This document shows, one piece after another, positions 56,302 through 64,000 of a DNA stretch of 64,000 bases; position 1 is the stretch's first letter, and each line of letters begins with the position of its first letter. The stretch lies in NCBI GenBank assembly GCA_030527115.1, contig JAUNBM010000002.1, positions 4,285 through 68,284 on the forward strand. Reading direction: 5' to 3'. Position numbers and translations under genes: made by a program. The notes under the pieces are model-generated. The model saw only the letters and a list, made by a program, of their open reading frames with translations. It was not told the DNA's origin and searched no databases. This DNA is from Clostridia bacterium (GTDB lineage: Bacteria > Bacillota > Clostridia > Christensenellales > CAG-138).

Positions 56302-57582
56302 ATGAAACGAATCCTTTGCATAGCCTTTGCTTTGCTGATTGCGGCGACTTTTGGTTGCCGGAGCGGAGAAAGCTTTGAGGGAGCGCAGGCGAGTTTGGAG
56401 CCCACGCCGATCAAGGAGATTGAGAAGATGATAGACCCCGCGCCGCCGATTGTTCAATCCGAGATTGGCAAGAACGAGCCAATAGCCGTGGAGGACTATC
56501 AGGGCTTTGCCGCGCTCACAGCGATACAGGCGCTCGGCGGCAGAACGGATAACGCCAACTATTCCCCGATAAGCCTCTATCTCGCCCTGTCGCTGGCGGC
56601 GGAGGGCGCTTCGGGCGAAACGCTCGCAGAGTTGCTTTCGGCGCTCGGAGCGGAGGACTTGGAGAGCCTTAGAGCCTCAAACGCGGATATGTGGGCAAAG
56701 CTTAAAAGCGATAATGAGTTAGGCGTGCTGGAGCTGAACAATTCGCTCTGGTGCAACGATACTCTGCCCGTTTACGACAGCTATAAGGAGCTGGCGGCGT
56801 CCTACTACAATGCCGAGGTCGAGAGTCTGCCCCTGGGCGAGCCGGCTTCCTGGGCGCGCATCGGAAGCTGGATAGCCGAAAAGACCAGGGGAACCATAGA
56901 GCCGGAGGTGGAATTATCCGCCGAGGATCTGCTGGTTTTAATCAACACCATCTACCTGAAGGCTCAGTGGGCGAGCATATTCGATTCCAACGCCAACACG
57001 GTTGAGGATTTCACGCTGGCGGACGGAACGAAGGTGAGCGCCGATTTCATGAACCAAACTTTGCAGGATGGACAAATCTTCTTTGGCGAAGATTATGCGC
57101 GTTGCCATCTCCATCTTCAGGGCGTGGGCGAGATGCGCTTTATTTTGCCCGGCGAGAACAGTTCGCTGAATGCTTTGCTGGCGGACGGTGAAGCGCTCGA
57201 AAACGCCCTGTATGGAGGAAGCGCCGAGGACAGAACGGTGGTTTTCAGCCTCCCCAAGTTCACCTTCACCGACAAATACGAGCTGATTCCTATGCTTCAA
57301 AGCTTAGGGGTATATTCGGCTTTTGACGGGGAAGCGGCGGACTTTTCCAATATGAGCGAGCTATCCTCATTTATCACGAGGATTTTGCAGGAAACCTATA
57401 TCAACGTAAACGAGCTGGGCGTTGAAGCTGCGGCTTACACGATGATAACGATGCGAAATACGGCCGCCTTTGAGGAGCCGCCGACCTATGTCTTTGCGCT
57501 CGACCGCCCCTTCCTGTTTGCGATAACGGCAAACGACGGAACGCTTCTGTTTGTGGGCGCGGTTCAAAACCCGAATCAATAG
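56302..57582 (+). CDS. Serpin-family protease inhibitor, predicted lipoprotein
   Basis: Lipobox AATFGC. Serpin length, the hinge/RCL-like NELGVEAAAYTMITMR, and the C-terminal FALDRPFLFAI (serpin signature region). Confidence 0.8.
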   Translation: MKRILCIAFALLIAATFGCRSGESFEGAQASLEPTPIKEIEKMIDPAPPIVQSEIGKNEPIAVEDYQGFAALTAIQALGGRTDNANYSPISLYLALSLAAEGASGETLAELLSALGAEDLESLRASNADMWAKLKSDNELGVLELNNSLWCNDTLPVYDSYKELAASYYNAEVESLPLGEPASWARIGSWIAEKTRGTIEPEVELSAEDLLVLINTIYLKAQWASIFDSNANTVEDFTLADGTKVSADFMNQTLQDGQIFFGEDYARCHLHLQGVGEMRFILPGENSSLNALLADGEALENALYGGSAEDRTVVFSLPKFTFTDKYELIPMLQSLGVYSAFDGEAADFSNMSELSSFITRILQETYINVNELGVEAAAYTMITMRNTAAFEEPPTYVFALDRPFLFAITANDGTLLFVGAVQNPNQ

Positions 57583-57621
57583 CGGCGGAGCGGATTCCAT
57601 ATAAAGCGCATAGACTGTTAT

Positions 57622-57849
57622 ATGGAGACGCTCAGAGAGCTTTCAATCGGCGGGGACGCGATTATAGTGAAGGTATGCGCAAAAGGCGGGCTGTTTAGCC
57701 GCCTGAGCGAGCTTGGAATGACAAAGGGCAGTCCTGTGTGCTGCCTTTTTTGCGCGCCCGGCGGCAATCCGCGGGCATATCTCGTCTGCGGGGCGGTAAT
57801 CGCAATCCGAAACGCCGACGCGGAAAAGGTTTGGATAGAAACGAAGTAA
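57622..57849 (+). CDS. FeoA-domain protein (orphan)
   Basis: 75-aa SH3-like FeoA pattern (LSELGMTKGSPV...VCGAVIAIRNADAEKVWIE). No feoB in the window and a weak RBS. Confidence 0.6.
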   Translation: METLRELSIGGDAIIVKVCAKGGLFSRLSELGMTKGSPVCCLFCAPGGNPRAYLVCGAVIAIRNADAEKVWIETK

Positions 57850-57855
57850 AATAAG

Positions 57856-57886
57856 TCCGCCCACAGCTTTAAAAACCGTGGGCGGA
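57856..57886. terminator. Bidirectional terminator between feoA-like and molybdenum hydroxylase genes
   Basis: 9-bp stem TCCGCCCAC/GTGGGCGGA with a 13-nt loop and T-rich flanks on both strands. Confidence 0.6.
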
Positions 57887-57908
57887 TGCTGTTTGTCTTT
57901 TTGTACGC

Positions 57909-60467
57909 TCAGCGCTTATAGGGGGTGTTCTCAAGCGGGAGGCGGGTGCGGAAAACGCCGTCAAGGTTATAATAGGCGTTCTGCACCGCCGGCGCGGTTG
58001 GAATCGAACAGATCTCCCCGATACCCTTGGCTCCGCAGGCCAGATGCTCAAGGCTGGATTTCTCGACTATCATGCTGTCGACTTCGGGAGTATTGTTCGC
58101 CTTAAACAGCCCCAGCGTTCCAAATCGCGCCAGGGGCTTGCCCTCCTTCAGCGGGAAGTCCTCGGTAAGCGCATAGCCCAGGCTCATAACGACGCCGCCC
58201 TCTATCTGGCCTTCGATGGCGCGGGGGTTGACGGCCTTGCCCACATCGTGAATGGCGGTTACGCGCTCCACCTTCCCGTCGCCGTCAAGCTCGACTATAT
58301 GCGTCGCATAGCCGTAGGCGATATGGGATACGGGGTTGGGTTTATCCGAACCCATCCTATCGGTTACACCGGTGTACTCGCCGAGGAAGTTCATGCCCTC
58401 CAGCTCCGCGAGCGTCCTGCCCTCGTCAAGCAGGCTCTTGATTTGACGCGCGGCGCGAACAGCCGCCTCGCCGGTAAACAGCGTCTGGCGCGAGGCGGTG
58501 GTGTTTCCGGCGTTGGGAGAGTCCACGGTATCGGGGGCGTGATAGACTATAAGCTCCGGCTCCAGCCCCAGGGTTTGGCAAACCATCTGAGTTTGGATGG
58601 TACCCATGCCCTGACCTATGCAGGCGGCGCTGGAATGGAGGTGAAGCCTTCCGTCCCTGACCTCGATAAGACAGCGTCCGGTGTCGGGGATTCCAACGCC
58701 GAGCCCGCTGTTCTTCATGGCGCAGGCAATGCCGGCTTTGGGATTTCTCTCCATAATAGGACGTGCGGCTTCCAAGGTTTCCAAAAGCGCGGTTGTATCG
58801 TCGGCGATCTGACCGTTTGGCAGGGTTTGCCCGGGACGAATCGCGTTTATCAGGCGCATCTGATAGGCGGAGACGCCCACCAGCTCTGCAAGCTGATTGA
58901 GGTTGCATTCGGTTGCGAAGCAGCTCTGGGTTACGCCGAAGCCGCGAAACGCTCCTGCGGGCGGGTTGTTCGTATATATTGCCTTGCCGTCGATATCAAT
59001 ATCCTGATAGTTATAGGGGCCGGCCGCATGGGTGCAGGCGCGTTGCAAAACCGGACCGCCGAGCGAGGCGTAAGCTCCGGTATCCGCGATTATCACCGCC
59101 TTCATGGCGGTGAGACGGCCCTGCTCGTCGCAGGCGGTCGTGAAAGTCATGTCCATAGCGTGCCGCTTGGGATGGATCAGCAGGCTCTCGGCGCGGGTGA
59201 AGGCAACCTTGACGGGACGGCGGGTGAGATATGCCAAAAGCGCGGCATGGTGCTGAACGCTCATATCCTCCTTGCCGCCGAAGCCGCCGCCGACCATCAT
59301 GGCGGTAACGCGAACCATGGAGGGCTCGAACCCCAGCATGGCGGCGCATTCCTTCTGGGTTTGATAGATGCCCTGATCGCCGCTGTAAATTCGGATACCG
59401 TCCTCCTCCGGATGCGCCACGGAGCATTCCGGCTCCAAAAAGGCGTGATCGGTAAAGGGGACATAGTAGCGGTTGGTGACCACATACTTGCTGTTTTGTA
59501 TCTTCTCCTCCGCATTGCCGCGGATCAGATGCTCATGAGAGAGGACGTTCGTCCCATTGCTTTGATGGACGAGGACTTCGTCTTTCGCCCCCTCCAGCAT
59601 ATCGACCACCGGTTCAAGGGGCTCGTACTCGACCTTCACCAGCTTCTTGGCGGCCTCGAGCGCCTCCCGCGTTTCTGCGGCGACAAGAGCTATCGCATCG
59701 CCGAGGAAATGGGTGATTCCGCCCACGGGAATCATCACGTCGTAGTCCTGTTTGAGATGCCCGATCTTTTGCTTGCCGGGGATATCCTCCGCGGTATAAA
59801 CGCCATAAACGCCGGGAACGGCCTTGGCGGCGCTCGTGTCTATCGAAAGCACGCGCGCCCGCGGGTATTCGCTTCTGACCGCAGAGCCCAGGAGCATTCC
59901 GTCAAAATACAGATCGTCGCAGTACAGAGCCGTTCCGAGCGTCTTTGAGGGCGCGTCCACGCGGTGAAGATTGTCGCCTATCAGCCCCTTCAGCTCGCAC
60001 TTGGGCACGCTTAAACCCTCGCGGAAGATTTCGGCGGCGAGCAAAACCGCGTCGATTATCTTCTTGTAGCCGGTGCAACGGCAGATATTGTTCCGCAGGG
60101 CGAATTTCACCTCGTCGCGGGACGGGGTGGAGTTGGCATCGAGCAGAGCCTTTGCCGACATAACCATGCCGGGGGTGCAAAAGCCGCATTGAACCGCGCC
60201 CGCCTCGGTAAAGGCGTAGGAATACACCTCCCTTTCGCGAGGGGTAAGACCTTCGCAGGTGATGATATGCTTACCTTCAAGCCGGTCGGTATTCTGCACG
60301 CAGGCCTTGAGCGCCTTGCCGTCGATAATCACGGTGCAGGTTCCGCAGGCGCCCTCGTTACAGCCGTTTTTAACGCTTATCAGACGCAACTCGTCGCGGA
60401 GAAAGGGCAGAAGCTTTTGCCCCTTCTCAACCGTAACGCTTTTTCCGTTTACAAAAAATGTTGCCAT
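57909..60467 (-). CDS. Molybdopterin-dependent hydroxylase with fused N-terminal [2Fe-2S] domains (XdhD-like, xanthine dehydrogenase family)
   Basis: The N-terminus has GCNEGACGTCTV and CRCTGY 2Fe-2S motifs, followed by aldehyde oxidase/xanthine dehydrogenase Mo-binding domains (GGGFGGK). The neighbours are ygfK- and ssnA-like genes. Confidence 0.85.
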   Translation of the reverse strand: MATFFVNGKSVTVEKGQKLLPFLRDELRLISVKNGCNEGACGTCTVIIDGKALKACVQNTDRLEGKHIITCEGLTPREREVYSYAFTEAGAVQCGFCTPGMVMSAKALLDANSTPSRDEVKFALRNNICRCTGYKKIIDAVLLAAEIFREGLSVPKCELKGLIGDNLHRVDAPSKTLGTALYCDDLYFDGMLLGSAVRSEYPRARVLSIDTSAAKAVPGVYGVYTAEDIPGKQKIGHLKQDYDVMIPVGGITHFLGDAIALVAAETREALEAAKKLVKVEYEPLEPVVDMLEGAKDEVLVHQSNGTNVLSHEHLIRGNAEEKIQNSKYVVTNRYYVPFTDHAFLEPECSVAHPEEDGIRIYSGDQGIYQTQKECAAMLGFEPSMVRVTAMMVGGGFGGKEDMSVQHHAALLAYLTRRPVKVAFTRAESLLIHPKRHAMDMTFTTACDEQGRLTAMKAVIIADTGAYASLGGPVLQRACTHAAGPYNYQDIDIDGKAIYTNNPPAGAFRGFGVTQSCFATECNLNQLAELVGVSAYQMRLINAIRPGQTLPNGQIADDTTALLETLEAARPIMERNPKAGIACAMKNSGLGVGIPDTGRCLIEVRDGRLHLHSSAACIGQGMGTIQTQMVCQTLGLEPELIVYHAPDTVDSPNAGNTTASRQTLFTGEAAVRAARQIKSLLDEGRTLAELEGMNFLGEYTGVTDRMGSDKPNPVSHIAYGYATHIVELDGDGKVERVTAIHDVGKAVNPRAIEGQIEGGVVMSLGYALTEDFPLKEGKPLARFGTLGLFKANNTPEVDSMIVEKSSLEHLACGAKGIGEICSIPTAPAVQNAYYNLDGVFRTRLPLENTPYKR

Positions 60468-60476
60468 AGTCGCTCC

Positions 60477-63449
60477 TTACAGAAGATAGCTGTAGTCGTT
60501 TAGTATGGTTTCCATGACCCGCTTCAATGCAGGATAGAACTCGTCCTTATCCAAATCAATCGTGGAGACCGTTCCGAGCCGGACTTTAAACCGCTTGCCG
60601 CCCAGATGGAAGAATCCCTGGTTTTCGGAGGTATCGAACTCCTCCTCGGTGGAGAACAGCGTCCACTTGTCCTTATAGGGCGCGCTGTCATACGGGCAGA
60701 ACACGAGGCAGTTTCCGCACTCGTTGCACATACGGTCGATATGCACAATCTGCGGCGCCATGCCCGAGACCTCAATCGCAACGTTGGCGCGGTTGGGGCA
60801 GACCTGAACGCAGGCCTCGCAGATGACTCCGCAGTGCAGACAGCGCTCCTTCTCCTTGTCCGCGCTCTCATAGTCCTTCAGGATTCCCTGCTTTTTATAG
60901 CAGTCGGCGGGACAGCCCTTGGCGCAATCGGGGATGGAATACTTGTATTCTCCCGCAATCGCGTCCGCAACCTTTCTTGCATCGGCTATCGCCTCAACAA
61001 CGGTGGCGGGCCCGCGGTTGCAGTCGCCTATAACGAAAACGTTTTCGATATTCGTCATGAGGTTTTCATCGGTCTTAACCGCGCCGCGCTCGGTAAGCTC
61101 GATTCCGTTGCCGATGAACAGTTGCTTTTCGATCTTTTCACCGACGGCGGTAATCAAAGTATCGCAGGGGACGAGGACGGTTTCGCCGGTCTTTTCGGGC
61201 GAACGACGGCCGCTTGCATCGGGCGCGCCGAGCTTCATCCGCTCGCAGAGCAACGAGCCGTTTTCGAGCGCAACGGGAGACAGAAGCTCGCAGAATTCAA
61301 CGCCCTCGTCGAGAGCTAATTGCAGCTCCTCCTCGTCGGCGGGCATATAGCGGGCGGTTCTGCGGTAGACGAGGCGAACGTTTTGAACGCCTTTCGTCCG
61401 CTTTGCAACCCGCGCCGCATCCATCGCGGTATTGCCGCCGCCGATGATTACGACGTTGGAGCCGATATTGCCAAGGGTTCCGTTTTTACTGCTTTCAAGG
61501 AAGCGGATCACGTTGATGCCCTCGCCCTTTTCAAGCTTCATGTTGCCCTCCGCCCATGCGCCGACAGCGTAAATTATGTGGGTATAGCCCTGTTCCTTGA
61601 GCGCGGCAAGCGAGGGAGCCGGAGCGCCGAGCTTCAAGTCCACGCCGAGGCGTTCCATCATAGCCGCGTCCTTCTCAATCGCTTCGTTTTTAATGCGGAA
61701 ATCCGGGATGACATAGCGGACGATTCCGCCCAAGGCCTCGCGCTTTTCAAACAGGGTAACGTTTACGCCGCCCCTGGCGAGGAAAAATGCCATGGCTATG
61801 CCGGCGGGGCCGCCGCCGACTATTGCGGCCTTCTTGCCTTCCGCTTTCGGAACGGGGAGAAGCTCCGCCATCAACTTGTCGTAGCCTTCCTGGGCGGCGG
61901 CGAGCTTAGCGTTTCTTATCCTTACCGCTTCGTCATAGAAGGTGCGCGTACATTTGTCCGTGCAATGATGCGGGCAGATAGTCCCCGTGGTGAAGGGGAG
62001 CGGGTTCTTCTCAGTTATCAGCTTCAATGCCTCAAGATATTTTCCCTGCCCGACCAGCTCGATATACTCGGGAATATCCTGGTTGATAGGACAGCCGAAG
62101 GTGCAGGGGGAGAGGAAGCAGTCTACGAGCGGGACTTCCTTTTGAAGCTTGCGGGCGGGCTGGGGCTTGATGGGCTTTTGGTTGCGGGAGGAGGTTCTCG
62201 CCGCAATCGCCAGCTTCTCCACCGCGCCAACCTTTACGCCGTCGAAGGGGGCGTAGGGGAGCGCATAGAGCTTTGAAGCTATCTGGCTCAAGCGCTGATA
62301 GCCGCCGGTCTTGAGTATAGTCGTCGCCAAAGTGATGGGCCAGATGCCGGCAAGATACAGCTGGTCGATGTTGAAAGCGTCAGCGCCGCCGGAGAAGGAA
62401 AGGCGGAGCTTACCGTCGAAATCGCGGCTGATGCGCCTTGCCATCTCGATCGTGAGCGGATAGAGCGAGCGGCCGGACATATACATCTCGTTGCTCGGAA
62501 GCTCGTTTCTTTTAACGTCCACCGGAAAGGTGTTCGACAGCTTCAAGCCGAAGCTCACGCCGTTTTTGCCGGCCAAATCGAGCAGTCGCCTGAACATCGG
62601 AACCGCGTCGGAATATTGCAGATCCTCCAGAAAATGATGATCGTCAAAGGCTATATAGTCGAAGCCCAGAGCGTCGAGGGTTCTCCTTGCGAAGTCATAG
62701 CCCAGGATCGTCGGATTGCATTTTACAAAGGTGTTGAGCTTTTTAACGTCTATCAAATATGAAGCTATGCGCTCAATCTCCTGCGGCGGACAGCCGTGCA
62801 GGGTTGAGAGCGTGATGGAGGTGCAGACATGGGGCGTTATGGAGTCGATATAGGCTTCGTCCAGCGCGCTGAAGCGGTGGAGGTTCGCCTTTGCCCAAGC
62901 CTTGCACTCGCTCCAGATATCCGTCTGCTCGGCGTTTTTCAGGCCCTCGATGAAGTCGTCGATCTTTTTAGAAGTGATACCTGCAAAGTCATAGCCGACG
63001 CTCATGTTGAACATGAAGCCGTTGGGACAGCCCCAGCCAAATTCTTTTGAGAGCAGTTTCAGCGCGAACCACGCCTTAACGTACTCGCAAAATGCCTGTT
63101 GCACCGTCAGCTCGGTCGACCACTCGCAGTTATAGCCCTCGTCGTCCGCCAGGATGCAGGGACGGTTGATGCAGGCGGAAAGCTCCGCGCCGTCCATAAT
63201 CTGCACGGTTTTCAGCTCAAAAAAGCGCGCGCCGGCAAAGTAGGCGGCTATAATGTTTTGCGCGAGCTGGGTGTGCGGCCCTGCGGCTGGCCCGAATGGG
63301 GTTTCGAGCTTCTCATCGAAAAGCTCCAGCTTCTTTCCGCCGCCCGGAACGAAACCGCGCCGAACGCCAAAGACGCTTCCCTGCCGGTTCTCCGCCAGTA
63401 TCCAGTTCATCAGATTCCCAAAGGGGATGGGGGTCATTACTTCAGACAT
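60477..63449 (-). CDS. ygfK: YgfK-like multi-domain Fe-S/FAD-NAD(P) oxidoreductase (annotated in databases as putative selenate reductase subunit)
   Basis: 990 aa. It has a dihydropyrimidine-dehydrogenase-like barrel at the N-terminus, a GltD-like region with two dinucleotide folds (VGGGPAG, IIGGGNTAMD), and C-terminal ferredoxin-type CxxCxxCxxxC clusters. Confidence 0.8.
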   Translation of the reverse strand: MSEVMTPIPFGNLMNWILAENRQGSVFGVRRGFVPGGGKKLELFDEKLETPFGPAAGPHTQLAQNIIAAYFAGARFFELKTVQIMDGAELSACINRPCILADDEGYNCEWSTELTVQQAFCEYVKAWFALKLLSKEFGWGCPNGFMFNMSVGYDFAGITSKKIDDFIEGLKNAEQTDIWSECKAWAKANLHRFSALDEAYIDSITPHVCTSITLSTLHGCPPQEIERIASYLIDVKKLNTFVKCNPTILGYDFARRTLDALGFDYIAFDDHHFLEDLQYSDAVPMFRRLLDLAGKNGVSFGLKLSNTFPVDVKRNELPSNEMYMSGRSLYPLTIEMARRISRDFDGKLRLSFSGGADAFNIDQLYLAGIWPITLATTILKTGGYQRLSQIASKLYALPYAPFDGVKVGAVEKLAIAARTSSRNQKPIKPQPARKLQKEVPLVDCFLSPCTFGCPINQDIPEYIELVGQGKYLEALKLITEKNPLPFTTGTICPHHCTDKCTRTFYDEAVRIRNAKLAAAQEGYDKLMAELLPVPKAEGKKAAIVGGGPAGIAMAFFLARGGVNVTLFEKREALGGIVRYVIPDFRIKNEAIEKDAAMMERLGVDLKLGAPAPSLAALKEQGYTHIIYAVGAWAEGNMKLEKGEGINVIRFLESSKNGTLGNIGSNVVIIGGGNTAMDAARVAKRTKGVQNVRLVYRRTARYMPADEEELQLALDEGVEFCELLSPVALENGSLLCERMKLGAPDASGRRSPEKTGETVLVPCDTLITAVGEKIEKQLFIGNGIELTERGAVKTDENLMTNIENVFVIGDCNRGPATVVEAIADARKVADAIAGEYKYSIPDCAKGCPADCYKKQGILKDYESADKEKERCLHCGVICEACVQVCPNRANVAIEVSGMAPQIVHIDRMCNECGNCLVFCPYDSAPYKDKWTLFSTEEEFDTSENQGFFHLGGKRFKVRLGTVSTIDLDKDEFYPALKRVMETILNDYSYLL

Positions 63450-63467
63450 ATTCTACCTCCTGCATAT

Positions 63468-64000
63468 TTATGCGTTAACTGTATTCCACAGCTTTGTTGC
63501 GCTCTCGCGGCACTTTGCCATAATCTCCGCCTCATCCGCCACAAGCAGCTCCCTGTCCTTCATCAGCACCTTGCCGTTGCACACGGTGGTTATGACGCTG
63601 CGTCCGTTCATTCCGAAAAGGATGTGACTGCTGCAATTCTGCCCGTTCATCGGGGTAAGCGGGTCGTAGTCCGTTATGATGATATCTGCATATGCGCCCT
63701 CTTTGAGTATGCCGAGCGGGGCTTGGAAGTAACGGGCGGCAATATCGCGGTTTCCGTAAAAGAGCATGGCGGGGAACTCCGCCCATGCAACGGTGGGGTC
63801 GCAGAGCTGGTGCTTTTGGATGATGTTTCCGACCTTGTAGCTCTCAAGCATATCGTTGGTGTAGCCGTCGGTTCCGAGACCGAGCAACAGCCCCTCCTTG
63901 AACATCTGAATCACGGGACTGCAACCGACGGCGTTGCCCATGTTGGATTCGGGGTTGTTGATAACTGCGGTGCCGGTGGCTTTCAAAAGCTCCATCTCGG
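63468..64000 (-). CDS. ssnA: SsnA-like amidohydrolase (C-terminal part; the gene continues past the right edge)
   Basis: Amidohydrolase-superfamily C-terminus (LGTDGYTNDM..., ADIIITDYDPLTPM). Positioned upstream of ygfK, as in the E. coli ssnA-ygfK-xdhD neighbourhood. Confidence 0.7.
   Translation of the reverse strand, partial: EMELLKATGTAVINNPESNMGNAVGCSPVIQMFKEGLLLGLGTDGYTNDMLESYKVGNIIQKHQLCDPTVAWAEFPAMLFYGNRDIAARYFQAPLGILKEGAYADIIITDYDPLTPMNGQNCSSHILFGMNGRSVITTVCNGKVLMKDRELLVADEAEIMAKCRESATKLWNTVNA

Overview
Chromosomal segment, by eye mid-50s % GC, from a spore-forming Firmicute of the Clostridia type. Evidence for that placement: spoVT, spoIIID, a ylbJ-like gene, a T-box leader, and the Bacillus-like synteny recJ-apt-relA-dtd...hisS-aspS. 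Coding density is high, and most of the window is housekeeping: glyQS, trpS, hisS, aspS, mnmA, trmK, rnpB, pta-ackA, relA, murI, galE, gpsA, ppa, trxA. Four non-housekeeping blocks stand out. (1) 68-13338 is a TetR-controlled divergent cluster. It combines thiolase, a FabG-like reductase, a KAS-III-like enzyme and a MaoC hydratase with a Liv-type ABC importer, a CoA-transferase and two alpha/beta hydrolases. Three GTGAA-N6-TTCAY operator-like palindromes sit in its control regions. (2) 14156-17107 holds two tandem paralogous lipoproteins. (3) 18128-20942 (minus strand) is the most interesting locus. It is a self-contained three-gene operon: a radical SAM/SPASM enzyme, a 54-codon ORF that is absent from the supplied ORF track and is coupled to the enzyme gene by an ATGA overlap, and an HprK-like P-loop kinase fused in frame to a PqqD-type peptide-recognition domain. 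I read this as an uncharacterised RiPP-type peptide-modification system, sitting next to spoVT. (4) 57909-64000 is an xdhD/ygfK/ssnA-type, putatively selenium-dependent molybdenum hydroxylase cluster. Smaller oddities: a Cys/Gly-rich 65-aa ORF with an internal repeat, a LivG ATPase with a ~214-aa charged N-terminal extension, a serpin lipoprotein, an RNase P RNA gene wedged between two CDSs, and a hisS-aspS T-box with no visible His codon where the specifier is expected. I saw no CRISPR array, transposase, integrase, rRNA or tRNA gene. All calls come from reading the translations and sequence by eye; no searches were run.
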